The notes beneath the pieces are model-generated. The model saw only the letters and a list, made by a program, of their open reading frames with translations, was not told the origin of the DNA and searched no databases. Source: Thermoleophilia bacterium (GTDB taxonomy: Bacteria; Actinomycetota; Thermoleophilia; RBG-16-64-13). From it: a DNA stretch of 64,000 bases. Both the position numbers and the translations under genes were made by a program. The stretch lies in NCBI GenBank assembly GCA_050943595.1, contig JBMNPM010000003.1, forward strand, positions 16,499 through 80,498. The letters run 5' to 3'. Positions within the stretch are counted from its first letter, which is position 1. Each line of letters opens with the position of its first letter. This document shows, piece by piece, positions 9,698-19,295 of this stretch.

Positions 9698-9858
9698 TGG
9701 TAATCTACATCACCGCCTCAAAAGTGTGCCGTGGGGCGTAGCGTGGCCGAATCCGAACGCGGGAGCAGACGGATGGGGCCCGTCGGCATTCAAACCTGCA
9801 TCGCGGCTTGGACCGTAGTGTCCTGGCTGGGGGCACGGAGCCATGGAGGCTATGCATC
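9698..9858 (+). promoter_or_regulatory. Extended -10 promoter and structured rpsO leader (putative S15 autoregulatory element)
   Basis: TGGTAATCT at 9698-9706. GCCTC 9715-19 can pair with the SD GAGGC 9846-50; GTGCC 9726-30 can pair with GGCAC 9832-36. Confidence 0.45.
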
Positions 9859-10125
9859 ATGCTCAGCAAAGATCGCAAGAGTGAGATCATCGACCGCTTC
9901 AAGAAGCACGACATCGACACAGGCTCGACCGAGGTACAGGTAGCCATTCTCAGTGAGCGGATCAGTGTTCTCACCGAACACCTCAAGACTCATTCCAAGG
10001 ATCACCATTCGCGGCGCGGCCTGCTCAAGATGGTCGGGCACCGACGCCGGCTACTCAACTATCTGCAGAAGCAGGATGTCGAGCGTTATCGGACGTTGGT
10101 GAAGGACCTTGGTCTTCGTAGGTAA
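9859..10125 (+). CDS. rpsO: 30S ribosomal protein S15
   Basis: [12 protein letters not shown]...[21 protein letters not shown]; GGAGG SD upstream of ATG 9859. Confidence 0.98.
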   Translation: MLSKDRKSEIIDRFKKHDIDTGSTEVQVAILSERISVLTEHLKTHSKDHHSRRGLLKMVGHRRRLLNYLQKQDVERYRTLVKDLGLRR

Positions 10126-10142
10126 AGGTCTTCGTAGATAAA
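10111..10142 (+). repeat. 16-bp tandem duplication spanning the rpsO stop codon
   Basis: GGTCTTCGTAGGTAAA / GGTCTTCGTAGATAAA. Confidence 0.8.
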
Positions 10143-10236
10143 GGCACTACGCAGTTCGTTGGAAAGACAGTCGCAGCGAAGTAGTTCATCGTAGGATAGT
10201 AGGACGCATAAGGGGTCCTCAGACGGGAGAAAGGCA

Positions 10237-12363
10237 GTGGGAAGCGGAGTGAGCACGACTCAAATAACGTTGGGCGACAAACAGATTACGTTTGAGACCG
10301 GCAGGCTGGCCAAGCAGGCGAGCGGCGCGGTCGTCGTTCGCTGCGGTGACACCATGGTGCTGGTCACGGCGGTCGTAGCCGGCAGCGAACGGAACGTGGA
10401 TTTCTTCCCTCTCACGGTAGACGTGGAGGCGGGGATGTACGCCGCGGGGAAGATCCCCGGCGGCTTCATCAAGCGAGAAGGACGAACGACTGACCAGGCT
10501 ATCCTGAACGCTCGTCTCATCGATAGGCCCATCCGCCCCCTCTGGCCCAAGGGATTCAATAGAGAGACTCACTTGGTGGCCACTGTTCTCTCCGTGGATA
10601 AGGTCAATCCGTACGATGTGCTGGCTCTAGTCGGTGCTTCGGCTGCTCTGAGCCTCTCTGAGGCTCCCTTCTTGGGCCCTGTGGGCGCGGTTAGGGTGGC
10701 CAAGGTCGACGGCGAGTGGGTAATCAACCCCACGTACGATGAGCTGGATCGAAGCCCCATCAACCTTGTAGCTGCTGGGACCGCCGATGCCATAAGTATG
10801 GTGGAAGCCGGCTGCGACGAGGTCGATGAAGCAGATATCGTAGCCGGTCTCGAGGTCGCTCACGAAGCCATCAAGAAACAGACCGAGGTCATCAGCGCTT
10901 GGGCCGCTCAAGTGGGTAAGCCTAAGATGGCGTTTACTGAGCGCGTACCCGACCAGACCCTCATGGATAAGATCAAAGCGCGCTTTGGCGCTGAGATCAC
11001 AGACGCGAACAGTGTCCTCGACAAACACGAGCGGGCCGACGCGTTGGCGGCTGTCAAGCAGGCCGCTCTGGCCGCCTGGCCGCCTGCCGAAGATTCGGAT
11101 GACCCCGCTGCTGAAACCGCGGCCCTAGTTAAAGCCTTCGATGCTGTAGAAAAAGAGATCGTGCGTCGGGCCATCGCCGTGGATAAGAAACGTCCGGACG
11201 GCCGTGGTGCTGAGCAGATCCGTGACATTTCCTGCGAAGTGAGCGTCGCTCCACGCACGCACGGCTCCGGTCTCTTCACTCGAGGGCAGACACAGGTGAT
11301 GACCCTTCTGACCCTCGGTGCTGCCCGAGATGAGCAGCGTATCGATGGTCTGGATATCGATGAGTCCAAGCGGTTCATGCATCACTACAAGTTCCCGCCC
11401 TTCAGTGTAGGCGAAGTGGGCTTCATGCGTGGGCCGGGCCGGCGCGAGATCGGCCACGGTGCTCTTGCCGAACGGGCTCTCGTCCCCGTCATCCCCGACG
11501 ATGAGACGTTCCCTTACACTATTCGCTTGGTGTCGGAGACGCTGGAATCCAACGGTTCCAGCTCTATGGCCAGTGTCTGCGCTTCTACGCTCGCCCTCCT
11601 CGACGCAGGTGTGCCCATCGTGCGCCCAGTGGCCGGGATTGCCATGGGGTTGGTGAAGGAGCAGGACGATTACGTCGTACTCACTGATATCGCCGGTGTG
11701 GAAGACCACCTTGGCGATATGGACTTCAAGGTCGCCGGTACCGACCGGGGCATCACTGCTCTGCAGATGGACATCAAGATTAAAGGTGTGACGTTCGCGA
11801 TCCTACGTGATGCTCTGGCGAGCGCTCGCAAGGCGCGTCTGTTCATCCTTAACCAGATCGCTGCGACTATCACCGGTCCGCGTACCGAGATGTCCGAATT
11901 CGCACCCCGCATCGCTACCATCCGCATCGATCCCGAAAAGATCGGGGCCGTGATAGGCAAGGGCGGCGAGACTATCCGGGGTATGGAAGCCGATTTCGAG
12001 TGCACTATTGATGTGGCCGAAGATGGGCTCATCAAGATCTTTGCGAGTAGCGGCAGGCTGGGCGATGCGTGTCTAGAGCGTATCGCCCTACTCACCAAGG
12101 AGACCGGGGCGGGCGATATCGTCGAAGGTCGGGTAGCTTCCACCACATCATTCGGTGCATTCGTGACGCTGAAGCCGGGCACTGATGGTCTGGTCCACAT
12201 CTCGCGTCTCGCGGATCATCGTGTTGGTACAGTGGAAGAAGTGGTTAATCGCGGCGACTTGGTGCGTGTGGAAGTACTTGATGTCCAGTCGCAAGGCGGC
12301 AAGGAGAAGATAAGCCTCCGCCTCCTTGAGAACCTCTCAGCAAAGGAAGGCAGTGTCGACTGA
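10237..12363 (+). CDS. pnp: Polyribonucleotide nucleotidyltransferase (PNPase)
   Basis: FFPLTVD, RLIDRPIRPL, RREIGHG, ESNGSSSMAS, GDMDFKVAG; KH and S1 domains. Confidence 0.98.
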   Translation: MGSGVSTTQITLGDKQITFETGRLAKQASGAVVVRCGDTMVLVTAVVAGSERNVDFFPLTVDVEAGMYAAGKIPGGFIKREGRTTDQAILNARLIDRPIRPLWPKGFNRETHLVATVLSVDKVNPYDVLALVGASAALSLSEAPFLGPVGAVRVAKVDGEWVINPTYDELDRSPINLVAAGTADAISMVEAGCDEVDEADIVAGLEVAHEAIKKQTEVISAWAAQVGKPKMAFTERVPDQTLMDKIKARFGAEITDANSVLDKHERADALAAVKQAALAAWPPAEDSDDPAAETAALVKAFDAVEKEIVRRAIAVDKKRPDGRGAEQIRDISCEVSVAPRTHGSGLFTRGQTQVMTLLTLGAARDEQRIDGLDIDESKRFMHHYKFPPFSVGEVGFMRGPGRREIGHGALAERALVPVIPDDETFPYTIRLVSETLESNGSSSMASVCASTLALLDAGVPIVRPVAGIAMGLVKEQDDYVVLTDIAGVEDHLGDMDFKVAGTDRGITALQMDIKIKGVTFAILRDALASARKARLFILNQIAATITGPRTEMSEFAPRIATIRIDPEKIGAVIGKGGETIRGMEADFECTIDVAEDGLIKIFASSGRLGDACLERIALLTKETGAGDIVEGRVASTTSFGAFVTLKPGTDGLVHISRLADHRVGTVEEVVNRGDLVRVEVLDVQSQGGKEKISLRLLENLSAKEGSVD

Positions 12364-13633
12364 CGAGTACCGGCTGGAACAGTTAGCCAACGGCCAGCGG
12401 CTCATAACCGAAAAACTCGCTCACCTGCGTTCCGTCTGTATGGGATTCTGGATCCCTACCGGATCGCGGGATGAGCCGGCTGCACTCTACGGTGCCGGTC
12501 ATTTCGTAGAACATCTCCTGTTCAAGGGGTCGGCGAGGTATACGGCGGAAGAGATTGCCCAGGTCTTCGATACCCTGGGTGGGGAGTTGAATGCCAGCAC
12601 GTCACGTGAGTACGTCGTGGTGTACGGCCGTTTTCTCGACGACCAGCTGCCGGTGGCTATGGACGTCATGGCCGACATGGTGCTGACGCCTACGTTCACC
12701 GATTTCGATCAGGAACGTGAAGTAATCCTGGAAGAGATCGCTATGGTGGAGGACTCGCCTCAGGATCTTATCCATGATGTCCTTGCGGAGGTAGTCCTTG
12801 ACGGTCATGCCTTAGCCCACCCCATCCTGGGGACCCGGGAAAGCATCACCGCCGTGTCGTATGAAGACATCCGGGCCTTCCACCACAGCAGGTTCGCCTT
12901 CAGCGACATGGCGGTGGCCGTCGTGGGCAACGTGGATCACGACCAGGTTCGTGAACTACTTCTCGAGCGACAGACGGCAGCAGACAGGCGGACTAAGGGC
13001 CGGACCCGTACGCTTCCCGGGTCGCATCCACGCCGTCGCTTCGTCTGCAAGGAGACGGAGCAGATGCACGTCTGCTTCGGAGGGATAGGTCTCGCTCGTG
13101 ACGACGAGCGTCGCTTCCAACTCTCCGTTCTCGACAGTCTGTTCGGCGGATCTCTCAGTTCGCGGCTCTTCCAGGAGGTGCGTGAGAAGCGCGGTTTGGT
13201 CTACAGTGTCTACTCGTTCGCCAATCTCTATAGCGAGACCGGCATCGTAGGACTGTACTTCGGTTGCCGGCCGGAGCGGCTGGGCATGGTGGTGGAGACG
13301 GTGGGGCGCGAGCTGACGCGCTTGGTTACAGAACCGGTTCCTACGGAGGAGCTACAGCGGGCCAAGGAACACCTCAAGGGTCGTCTGATCCTGGGACTGG
13401 AGAGTCCCGCCAGTCGCATGAACCGGCTCGGCAAAGGGGTCATAACCGACACGGAGATACTTTCGCTGGATGAGTTGGCGCGACGCGTCGACGCGGTCAC
13501 CAGTGAGCAGTTGCTTGATCTGGCCGCTGAGGTCTTTCAGCCGGGTGCGCTCTCGGTGGTGGGCATCGGATCTGACGAGAGTGCGTTCACGGACGTGATA
13601 CCTGCCGACTGTCTGGCCGGCTTGGTGGATTAA
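12353..13633 (+). CDS. M16 family zinc peptidase
   Basis: Inverted zinc motif HFVEHLLFKGS, SSRLFQEVREKRGLVY; typical position after pnp. Confidence 0.93.
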   Translation: MSTDEYRLEQLANGQRLITEKLAHLRSVCMGFWIPTGSRDEPAALYGAGHFVEHLLFKGSARYTAEEIAQVFDTLGGELNASTSREYVVVYGRFLDDQLPVAMDVMADMVLTPTFTDFDQEREVILEEIAMVEDSPQDLIHDVLAEVVLDGHALAHPILGTRESITAVSYEDIRAFHHSRFAFSDMAVAVVGNVDHDQVRELLLERQTAADRRTKGRTRTLPGSHPRRRFVCKETEQMHVCFGGIGLARDDERRFQLSVLDSLFGGSLSSRLFQEVREKRGLVYSVYSFANLYSETGIVGLYFGCRPERLGMVVETVGRELTRLVTEPVPTEELQRAKEHLKGRLILGLESPASRMNRLGKGVITDTEILSLDELARRVDAVTSEQLLDLAAEVFQPGALSVVGIGSDESAFTDVIPADCLAGLVD

Positions 13634-13644
13634 GAGGAGGCGAG

Positions 13645-14454
13645 ATGATCGTATCCCGGCCGGAAGATGAAAGAAATAGAGGGGGAGCGGACCGCCCCAT
13701 ACGGGTGGCGGTTTCGGGAGCTTTGGGACGCATGGGGAGTACCACCTGCACTGCTGTGGCCGCCGACCCTGATCTCCATCTGATGGCGATCGTCGACACG
13801 GAGATGAGCACCCAAGCCTTCACGACAGGTCCGGCCGTCGCCGACGCTGATGTCGCGACCGGCGAACCTCGTATGTTCGTGCGGCTCGACGAAGCCTTGG
13901 AGGCGGGGGGCATCGACGTGCTGGTCGATTTCACCACTCCGGCCGTGGTCCGCGAAAACGTGCTTGTTGCATTAGAGCACCATGTGCCGGTGGTGGTTGG
14001 GACGACGGGCTTGTCAACTCTCGATCTGGCTGAGATCGAACAGCAGTCCGCAGTGACGAATACTCCCGTGCTGGTAGCGCCCAACTTTGCCATGGGCGCG
14101 GTATTGATGATGGAGTTTGCGCGGCGGGCCGCCAAGCATTTCCGGGCCTGCGAGATTGTGGAATTGCATCACGACCGCAAGCTCGACGCTCCGTCTGGAA
14201 CCTCCCGACTCACCCGCTTGGGTATCGAGGAGGAGTGGACTGAGGTCGGCTTCGAGAAAAACATCCCCATTCACAGCGTACGGCTGCCAGGACTCGTGGC
14301 TCATCAGGAGGTCATCTTCGGGAGCCTGGGGGAGACCCTCACCATACGGCATGATTCGATCGATCGGGAATCTTTCATGCCCGGGGTCGTGTTGGCGGTC
14401 AAACGCATCCGGAGCCTGCAAGGACTCGTCGTGGGTTTGGAGAACGTCTTATAA
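13645..14454 (+). CDS. dapB: 4-hydroxy-tetrahydrodipicolinate reductase
   Basis: GALGRMG, VDFT, VVGTTG, ELHHDRKLDAPSGT. Confidence 0.96.
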   Translation: MIVSRPEDERNRGGADRPIRVAVSGALGRMGSTTCTAVAADPDLHLMAIVDTEMSTQAFTTGPAVADADVATGEPRMFVRLDEALEAGGIDVLVDFTTPAVVRENVLVALEHHVPVVVGTTGLSTLDLAEIEQQSAVTNTPVLVAPNFAMGAVLMMEFARRAAKHFRACEIVELHHDRKLDAPSGTSRLTRLGIEEEWTEVGFEKNIPIHSVRLPGLVAHQEVIFGSLGETLTIRHDSIDRESFMPGVVLAVKRIRSLQGLVVGLENVL

Positions 14455-14489
14455 TAGACATTTTTACGCAGGAGGCCTGAATCCCGCCA

Positions 14490-16151
14490 GTGGCTATAAA
14501 GACATTGAAAGTCATACCCCTGGGCGGACTGGGGGCCATCGGCAAGAATATGATGGTGTTGGAGTACGGCGACTCTATGATCGTCGTCGACTGCGGCCTC
14601 ATGTTTCCCGAGGACGATATGCTTGGCATCGATCTTGTGCTGCCCGATTTCAGCTACGTCCTCGACAACCGGGACAAGGCTCTCGGTGTCATACTCACGC
14701 ACGGTCATGAAGATCACGTAGGCGCGTTGCCCTACCTGCTCAAGGAACTAAACATCCCCGTGTACGGCACGCGGCTCACCCTGGGCCTGCTTAACGCCAA
14801 ACTCGGAGAGCACGGCCTGCAGGGCCACGTTTCTCTCCATGAAGTCTCTCCTACGAAGTCACTCACCCTGGGTCCCTTCCGTATTGAGTTCCTGGAAGTG
14901 AGCCATAGTATCCCCGACGGGGTTGGGTTGGGCATCCACACTCCGGCGGGAGTGGTGGTGCATACCGGCGATTTCAAGCTTGATCAAACGCCGATCGACG
15001 GCCGGGTGACGGCTATGCAGCGCTTTGCGGATCTAGGGCGCAAGGGAGTACTCCTCCTGCTCTCCGACAGTACCTGCGCCGACGTGCCCGGATTTACCAA
15101 GCCCGAACGCAGCGTGGGCGAGAGACTGGAGAGTATATTTGCTCTAGCCCCGGGCCGTATCATTGTGGCCTCTTTCGCCAGCCACTTGCACCGGCTCCAG
15201 CAGGTCATGGACGCGGCTATGCGTCACGGGCGCTCTGTGGCCGTGATCGGGCGCAGCATGGTCAAGAACGTCAATATCGCCTCGAATCTGGGCTATCTGA
15301 CAGTGCCCGACGGTCTCCTTGTCCGGCCGCACGACGTGAGTCTTCTGCCTGCGGATCGTACAGTCATCCTCTCCACCGGAAGCCAGGGGGAGCCACTCTC
15401 TGCTCTGGCCCGCATGGCCTCGCAGGACCATCCTCTGGTGGAGATCACCAAAGACGACACGGTAGTCTTATCAGCTCGGCCGGTCCCTGGCAATGAAACC
15501 AGTGTCAACCGCACCATAGACCGGCTATTCGCGGCGGGAGCCCGGGTCATCTACGAAGCGTCGGCCGGGGTCCATGTGTCGGGTCACGCCGCTGCGGAAG
15601 AACTTAAGGTGATGCTCAACCTCGTCAGGCCGCAGTATTTTGTACCGATCCACGGAGAACATCGCCACTTGTATTTTCACGCCGACCTGGCTCGGTCGGT
15701 CGGTATCGACGACGATCACATCTTCCTGATGAAGACCGGGGACGTGCTCGAGTTCCTACCCGGACAGGCGGCCGTCACCGGCCAGGTACAGGCGGGCATG
15801 ATTCTCGTTGATGGTTTTGCCATGCGTGATCCGCACGATCTTGTGCTGCGCGATCGGCAACATCTCTCCACCGACGGTTTGGTGATGGTGGTGGTGACGC
15901 GCAACGCACAAAACGGCCGGCTTATAGGTGAACCCGAGGTGATATTTCGGGGCTTCGCCCAGTCGAGTGACCTCAAGAAACTCACCGCTGAGTCAAAACG
16001 CCGGGTTGTGCAGACGCTGGGCACGAGTAGCGTACACGGTGTCACCGATGCCGGCCTGGTAAAGAGCCACGTTCACGACGTGGTGCAGAAATACCTGCAC
16101 AAGGAAGCGGGCAGAAGGCCGATGGTTCTGCCGGTTATCATCGACATCTAG
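14490..16151 (+). CDS. rnj: Ribonuclease J
   Basis: PLGG..IGKNM, THGHEDHVG, HSIPD, GDFK.D, HVSGH, PIHGE. Confidence 0.97.
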   Translation: MAIKTLKVIPLGGLGAIGKNMMVLEYGDSMIVVDCGLMFPEDDMLGIDLVLPDFSYVLDNRDKALGVILTHGHEDHVGALPYLLKELNIPVYGTRLTLGLLNAKLGEHGLQGHVSLHEVSPTKSLTLGPFRIEFLEVSHSIPDGVGLGIHTPAGVVVHTGDFKLDQTPIDGRVTAMQRFADLGRKGVLLLLSDSTCADVPGFTKPERSVGERLESIFALAPGRIIVASFASHLHRLQQVMDAAMRHGRSVAVIGRSMVKNVNIASNLGYLTVPDGLLVRPHDVSLLPADRTVILSTGSQGEPLSALARMASQDHPLVEITKDDTVVLSARPVPGNETSVNRTIDRLFAAGARVIYEASAGVHVSGHAAAEELKVMLNLVRPQYFVPIHGEHRHLYFHADLARSVGIDDDHIFLMKTGDVLEFLPGQAAVTGQVQAGMILVDGFAMRDPHDLVLRDRQHLSTDGLVMVVVTRNAQNGRLIGEPEVIFRGFAQSSDLKKLTAESKRRVVQTLGTSSVHGVTDAGLVKSHVHDVVQKYLHKEAGRRPMVLPVIIDI

Positions 16152-16159
16152 GATGGACC

Positions 16160-18961
16160 ATGGCCGGTCGGGCACGGCAGGAGGGAGCACAGGTAGGGCG
16201 TATGGGAGCCAGGCAGGGCGGACGTGTGTCTGCTGGGAGCAGGTCTCCGACGGCCCGTAAGGGCTCGGCACAGCCCAAGCCCGAAAAGACCACGCCCCCG
16301 ACTCCCACCTCCCAGACGGTCCCCGGCCGAAGGCAGGAGATACAGGCCCTGGTCCTATTCGGCTTGGCCGTGTTCTTCTTTTTCGTACTCCTGGCCGGCG
16401 AGAAGGCAGGATCACTCGGGCGGATTGCGGAGACCGGGCTGATTTTTACCTTCGGCAACCTGGCTTTTCTCGTCCCGGTAGCCCTGCTCGCCTTGGCCGT
16501 CACTACCGTGCTTAAGATCGAACTCCGGCACTCCTACTGGTTGATAGGGGCGTTGGTGTTCTTGTTCGGATTGTTCCTGCTCACGACGGCGGGCCTACCT
16601 CCCTTCGGCTCCCACGGCGACGAGGAGTTTGTGCGCGCGACGTATGAAAGCCGCGCGGGAGTGGTGGGAGAAGGTATCTACGTCCTGCTCCATCGTCTGG
16701 TCGGGGTGGTTGGGGTAGGCGTCATTGGCTGGGTGACCCTATTGGCCGGCTTCAGCCTGGCCACCGGTGTGACGGTGAGACGACTCGGCTACAGTACCAA
16801 GCGTGCCGCCGGGGCGGTCCGCTCGACGGCCGAACGGAGCACGCTCATCATGAGGAGGCGCGACGGTCGTGATGGTCTCGCCGGTCGTGAAGACCTACAG
16901 GGCATCGTTGAGGATGGGGTATCACATGCCGGCTATCGAACGAATGAGGGTTTCGATGATCTGGTGGGCAGACATTCTCCCACGACGGCCTTCACGACCG
17001 AGGACATGCCCGGTCGCGGGCACGAACCAACGCATGGTGACCCTCATCTTCGCCGACCCTCCCCCGAGGGGTTCGACGCATGGGATGATGGTAGTACCGT
17101 AATTCGTGATCCGCTTGCTCCTCTGGATGCGACGACGGACTGTGTAGGTCTTGTGGACGGAGCGGAGACGTTTGCCGAGTTTTACGCAGACACTGAAGTA
17201 ATACCCCATATACAACCAGTCACGGTGACGACATCGGCCCACCCCACTCCGCGACCGGGCGAATCCGCCGTCCCACCCGATGAGAGCGTCGATACGATCG
17301 CCGGGGATGATGAGGATGCGCTTGAGGACACCCTTGAGGATACCCTCCTCGACAAAGAGGTCTACGAGGAGACCGCGGACCACGCCTGTACGTATACCGG
17401 CAACGAGGTAGGTGGGGGAGAGCCGCCCGATCATCGGGCCGACATACGCGAGAGGGCAGTCGCGCCTACGCACGTCTCCGAGCCTGCTCCGGAACCTGCC
17501 TACCTGCTTCCTCAAGCCGAGATCCTTCGCAAGAGCGCATCGCCTTCGGTCGCCGGACGGCAGGGCGAACGAGACACGGCCGCAGTTCTGCTCCAAGCCC
17601 TCGCTCAGTTCGGCGTCGAGGCGCGGGTCATCGGTATGGTCGTGGGCCCTCGAGTAACACGCTACGAACTGCAACTAGCGCCGGGCACCAAGGTCTCCAA
17701 AGTCACCAACCTCAAGGATGATCTTGCCTACGCGCTGGCCAGTACCGAGATCCGCATCCTTGCTCCCATCCCCGGTAAGTCTGCGGTAGGGGTAGAGGTT
17801 CCCAACCAGCGCCCCGATTTCGTCACCTTGGGCGACATCTACCGGGAGTTCCCCAAATCGGCCGGTCCGTTGATGGTCTGGCTGGGCAAGGATATCTCGG
17901 GCAAGGCCGTCTATACCGATCTCGCTCGGCTGCCCCACCTGCTCATCGCAGGCACGACCGGTTCGGGTAAGAGCGGGTGTGTCAATTGCATTATCTCGTC
18001 CATCCTGTTGCGCAGCACTCCAGAACAGGTCCGCTTCATCATGATCGATCCCAAGAAAGTGGAGTTGTCGTATTACGATCGCATCCCCCATCTCCTGGTT
18101 CCCGTGGTCACCAACATGAAGGATGCTGCCGGCGTGCTCCATAACGTGACTAAAGAGATGGAAGATCGATACGAACTCATGGAGTTGGAACATGCCCGCA
18201 ATCTCGTGGAGATGAACAAGAGTCGCGCGGAGCGGGGCGAACGGACGCTCCCCTATATCCTCGTGGTGATTGACGAGCTCGCGGATTTGATGATGGTGTC
18301 GCCGCAGGAGGTTGAGGAGTACGTCATACGGTTGGCGCAAAAGTCACGTGCCGTTGGTATCCACCTGGTGGTTGCCACGCAACGTCCGTCGGCGGACGTC
18401 ATCACCGGTATGATCAAAGCCAATATCCCGTCGCGTATCGCATTCGCAGTGTCGAGCCAAACCGACTCTCGGGTGATTCTCGATGTGAACGGTGCTGAGA
18501 CTCTGTTGGGCATGGGTGACATGCTGTTTAAACCGTTGGGATCCAATCAGGCGCAGCGGATACAGGGCGCCTACATCACCGAAGAGGAAATTGCCTCTCT
18601 CGTCGATCACTGGCGGCGTCAGGCCGAGCCGGAATTCCGCGAAGAACTTCTGTGTCGACCGGTCGAGACCAAGAAGAGTGATGACGACCTTTTCGATCCC
18701 GACGCCGACGAACTGTTGGCCGACGCCGCCCGTTTGGTTATCGAGACGGGCAGCGCATCGGTATCCATGTTGCAACGCCGGCTGCGCGTTGGCTACACCC
18801 GCGCCGGGCGACTCATCGACATGCTGGAGCGGCGGGGCATCGTGGGGCCGTGGGAGGGGAGCAAACCACGTCAGATAATGCTCGGAGCCGACGAGTTCGA
18901 GGAGGTCCTGGCCGATCTCGACAATACAGTCTCAGAGGACGATGACACTGCCGGTAATTGA
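16160..18961 (+). CDS. ftsK: DNA translocase FtsK/SpoIIIE
   Basis: N-terminal TM segments, acidic linker, AGTTGSGKS, IDELADLM, ATQRPS, gamma domain LQRRLRVGY.RA.RLID. Confidence 0.97.
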   Translation: MAGRARQEGAQVGRMGARQGGRVSAGSRSPTARKGSAQPKPEKTTPPTPTSQTVPGRRQEIQALVLFGLAVFFFFVLLAGEKAGSLGRIAETGLIFTFGNLAFLVPVALLALAVTTVLKIELRHSYWLIGALVFLFGLFLLTTAGLPPFGSHGDEEFVRATYESRAGVVGEGIYVLLHRLVGVVGVGVIGWVTLLAGFSLATGVTVRRLGYSTKRAAGAVRSTAERSTLIMRRRDGRDGLAGREDLQGIVEDGVSHAGYRTNEGFDDLVGRHSPTTAFTTEDMPGRGHEPTHGDPHLRRPSPEGFDAWDDGSTVIRDPLAPLDATTDCVGLVDGAETFAEFYADTEVIPHIQPVTVTTSAHPTPRPGESAVPPDESVDTIAGDDEDALEDTLEDTLLDKEVYEETADHACTYTGNEVGGGEPPDHRADIRERAVAPTHVSEPAPEPAYLLPQAEILRKSASPSVAGRQGERDTAAVLLQALAQFGVEARVIGMVVGPRVTRYELQLAPGTKVSKVTNLKDDLAYALASTEIRILAPIPGKSAVGVEVPNQRPDFVTLGDIYREFPKSAGPLMVWLGKDISGKAVYTDLARLPHLLIAGTTGSGKSGCVNCIISSILLRSTPEQVRFIMIDPKKVELSYYDRIPHLLVPVVTNMKDAAGVLHNVTKEMEDRYELMELEHARNLVEMNKSRAERGERTLPYILVVIDELADLMMVSPQEVEEYVIRLAQKSRAVGIHLVVATQRPSADVITGMIKANIPSRIAFAVSSQTDSRVILDVNGAETLLGMGDMLFKPLGSNQAQRIQGAYITEEEIASLVDHWRRQAEPEFREELLCRPVETKKSDDDLFDPDADELLADAARLVIETGSASVSMLQRRLRVGYTRAGRLIDMLERRGIVGPWEGSKPRQIMLGADEFEEVLADLDNTVSEDDDTAGN

Positions 18962-18975
18962 TTTGCGCGTTGCAT

Positions 18976-19295
18976 CGGATCGATCGCATCATACGTGAGT
19001 GCTTCCCCACAGCTGGAGCGACAACGACGTGACGTGCTTTCGAGAGGGTTTTGGGGTCGTAGGCACCTGGCCGGCCGGGCCGGGCCGGCGTTCCTTGGAA
19101 ACGGCCTTTGATGATGGTAGATTTACCGGCGTTGTCCGGGAGCTCCTGGTCGAGTATTGCGATCCTCTCTATCGGAAGTCGTGCCTCGAGGGGCGTCGGT
19201 TCGTCTGGGAGTTGGAAACCAGTGAAGAGCCGTTGGAGGACGTGCGCAGGTTCCCCCGTGCCATGAGCCCCTTGATCCGAGAGGTGTCCAGCTGA
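18976..19295 (+). pseudogene. Probable 3' remnant of tRNA 2-selenouridine synthase (SelU/MnmH)
   Basis: RIDRIIREC, then a frameshift, then VVRELLVEYCDPLYRKS. Resembles the SelU C-terminal motifs R..RI..EY and LL..YYDP.Y. No rhodanese domain or P-loop. Its TGA overlaps the next gene's proposed start (CTGA). Confidence 0.5.
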
